Below are positions 34,790 to 35,853 of a stretch of DNA of 35,853 nucleotides, piece after piece; within the stretch, counting starts at the first letter, position 1, and each line of letters starts with the position of its first letter. The position numbers were made by a program, and so were the translations under genes. The DNA is from an uncultured Rhodospirillaceae bacterium. Lineage in GTDB: Bacteria; Pseudomonadota; Alphaproteobacteria; UBA9219. The DNA is taken from assembly GCA_964559415.1 (NCBI GenBank), contig CAZLIG010000002.1:1-35853 (forward strand), written 5' to 3'. The notes below the pieces were generated by a model. That model was not told the DNA's origin and made no database searches. It worked only from the letters and a program-made list of their open reading frames with translations.

Positions 34790-35572
34790 TTAGCGCACGA
34801 TGGAATGAACCATCTCAACGTTCTTGATGTGCAATGTGTAGGAAGATCCCTTTCCGCCAATCTCGACAGAAGAAGACGTTATCGACCGAACAAATTCGCC
34901 ATCGGAAATCTTGTCCCCAACCCTTACGGACTTGGTTTCGTCGCTCACCTTGAGAACGGCGGAATACTTGCCACCGGCACCGGTGATCCGCTGCAAAGTC
35001 GGACGGCGCGTCTGCGGTGGGTTGTTGATAATCCGCGAGTCCCTGATCTGTCGGGCCCCGCCACCAGCGAAGCCTTGTCCTGCTGGAAAAGCTAAAGCGC
35101 TGGCAGGAATAGCCTCGGCCAGATTGGCAGGCAGTCCCGGAATAGCGGCCACGCTACCCGTTTTATTGCGGTCACTGCGAAGCTTTTCGAGTTCGTTAAG
35201 TCTCCTCTCGACATCGATCATAGCCTCGATGCGCGAAATGGTCTGACGCACGCGATTGAGTTCCGAAAGCGTTGTCTCATCGGGCACGTTGTCTAGTTTC
35301 TTGACTTCGGCCTTGGCGCTTTCGATGAGCTTGTCCTCAACCTTGGTCATGCTCTTTTCAATGGTTTCCTTCACGGGCGTTGCGGAAGCGGCGGGAGCTC
35401 CGGCGGTCGCCGCAGGTTGGGCTGTCGCCGCTGGGGCAACAGGCGCCACGACGGCAGCAGCCTGCTGCGCGTTTACAGGTGCGGCCAAGCAAGAACCGAA
35501 CACGCACAGGAAAGCCGCCACGAAGCCCGTTAAAGGCTGTCCCGGCAAATGGAAGCTACTTGCGATTCTCAT
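34790..35572 (-). CDS. Secreted PilP-like pilus or secretion assembly protein (tentative)
   Basis: Signal peptide (...CLAAPVNA|QQ), an Ala/Pro-rich linker, a coiled coil (LSELNRVRQTISRIEAMIDVERRLNELEKL), then a C-terminal beta-rich domain (YSAVLKVSDETKSVRVGDKISDGEFVRSITSSSVEI) resembling PilP/GspC HR domains. It sits immediately upstream of the ATPase. Confidence 0.45.
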   Translation of the reverse strand: MRIASSFHLPGQPLTGFVAAFLCVFGSCLAAPVNAQQAAAVVAPVAPAATAQPAATAGAPAASATPVKETIEKSMTKVEDKLIESAKAEVKKLDNVPDETTLSELNRVRQTISRIEAMIDVERRLNELEKLRSDRNKTGSVAAIPGLPANLAEAIPASALAFPAGQGFAGGGARQIRDSRIINNPPQTRRPTLQRITGAGGKYSAVLKVSDETKSVRVGDKISDGEFVRSITSSSVEIGGKGSSYTLHIKNVEMVHSIVR

Positions 35573-35853
35573 AAATCACCCCTTCAACGCGCCAAGCGCC
35601 AACAGCGCCAGCTCCTGGCTGGTAAAACATATTGCTCACAATGGCTCCGGGCAGATCACCGATATATCCCGGCAGGCCTCCAGGTAGTTCTGCCACATTA
35701 AGCGTAAAAGAACGCTTAACCCAAGGAGCAGGGGGAGGATTCCACTCGCCTTTATATTCTGGGGGTGGAGGCGGAGGAGGATCGTCAGGCGCGCGGGATA
35801 TGTTTCCCCAGTATCCGCCCATTGTGAGGGCAGCCAGCTTGTCGGGAGCCACT
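35556..35853 (-). CDS. C-terminal fragment of a proline-rich protein (5' end outside the window). By position it is equivalent to R64 PilO.
   Basis: The frame is open to the window edge and contains DDPPPPPPPEYKGEWNPPPAPW. Its stop overlaps the start of the PilP-like gene by 17 nt. The family assignment rests on gene order only. Confidence 0.35.
   Translation of the reverse strand, partial: VAPDKLAALTMGGYWGNISRAPDDPPPPPPPEYKGEWNPPPAPWVKRSFTLNVAELPGGLPGYIGDLPGAIVSNMFYQPGAGAVGAWRVEGVIYENRK

Noticed and set aside
1-35853. A search for tRNA, rRNA, CRISPR arrays, IS elements and prophage genes.
   Set aside because: I could see no T-loop or cloverleaf-like sequence, no regularly spaced direct-repeat array, and no transposase or phage structural motif. 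The only repeats are the short palindromic intergenic elements reported above.

Overview
This is a gene-dense chromosomal segment that looks alphaproteobacterial. Support: a SciP/DUF1153-type gene with a near-consensus CtrA box upstream, a ScsB/DsbD-type oxidoreductase, rpsA-ihfB, nadD-rsfS-rlmH and yibQ-rppH neighbourhoods, and fairly high G+C. About 30 credible CDS are mostly housekeeping: rpsA, ihfB, rlmH, rsfS, nadD, xerD, aroK, rsmA, dsbD, yqgE, a peroxiredoxin, rnj, sciP, mutS, acpS, rppH, grpE, aroA, mltG, yggS. I found no rRNA, tRNA, CRISPR array, transposase or phage gene.

The features that housekeeping genes do not explain are:
1. At the right edge (31552-35853, minus strand) there is a tightly coupled four-gene module: a PilO-like fragment, a PilP-like protein, a GspE-family ATPase and a GspF-family platform protein. 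This matches the O-P-Q-R order of R64-type (type IVb) thin-pilus operons. It stops 11 nt from the convergent yggS, with no pilin, prepilin peptidase, transglycosylase or adhesin gene following, and its ATPase is atypical.
2. Three visibly A/T-richer orphan genes sit among core genes (2146-2841, 7891-9291, 17805-19079). One runs about 400 nt antisense into rsmA. Another looks like an expanded YfiH/PgeF-type protein whose catalytic residues may be missing, next to a NodB-type deacetylase coupled to mutS.
3. A same-orientation palindromic intergenic repeat family has at least 6 copies.
4. RsfS carries a lysine/alanine/proline-rich N-terminal tail.
5. Other points: a conserved but uncharacterised ACT + UPF0210 pair, a zinc-ribbon/superinfection-immunity fusion, and candidate CtrA and sigma32 regulatory sites.

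All homology calls come from motif recognition by eye. Start codons were re-derived from the ORF-track translations. Hand-located motif coordinates may be off by 1-2 nt.
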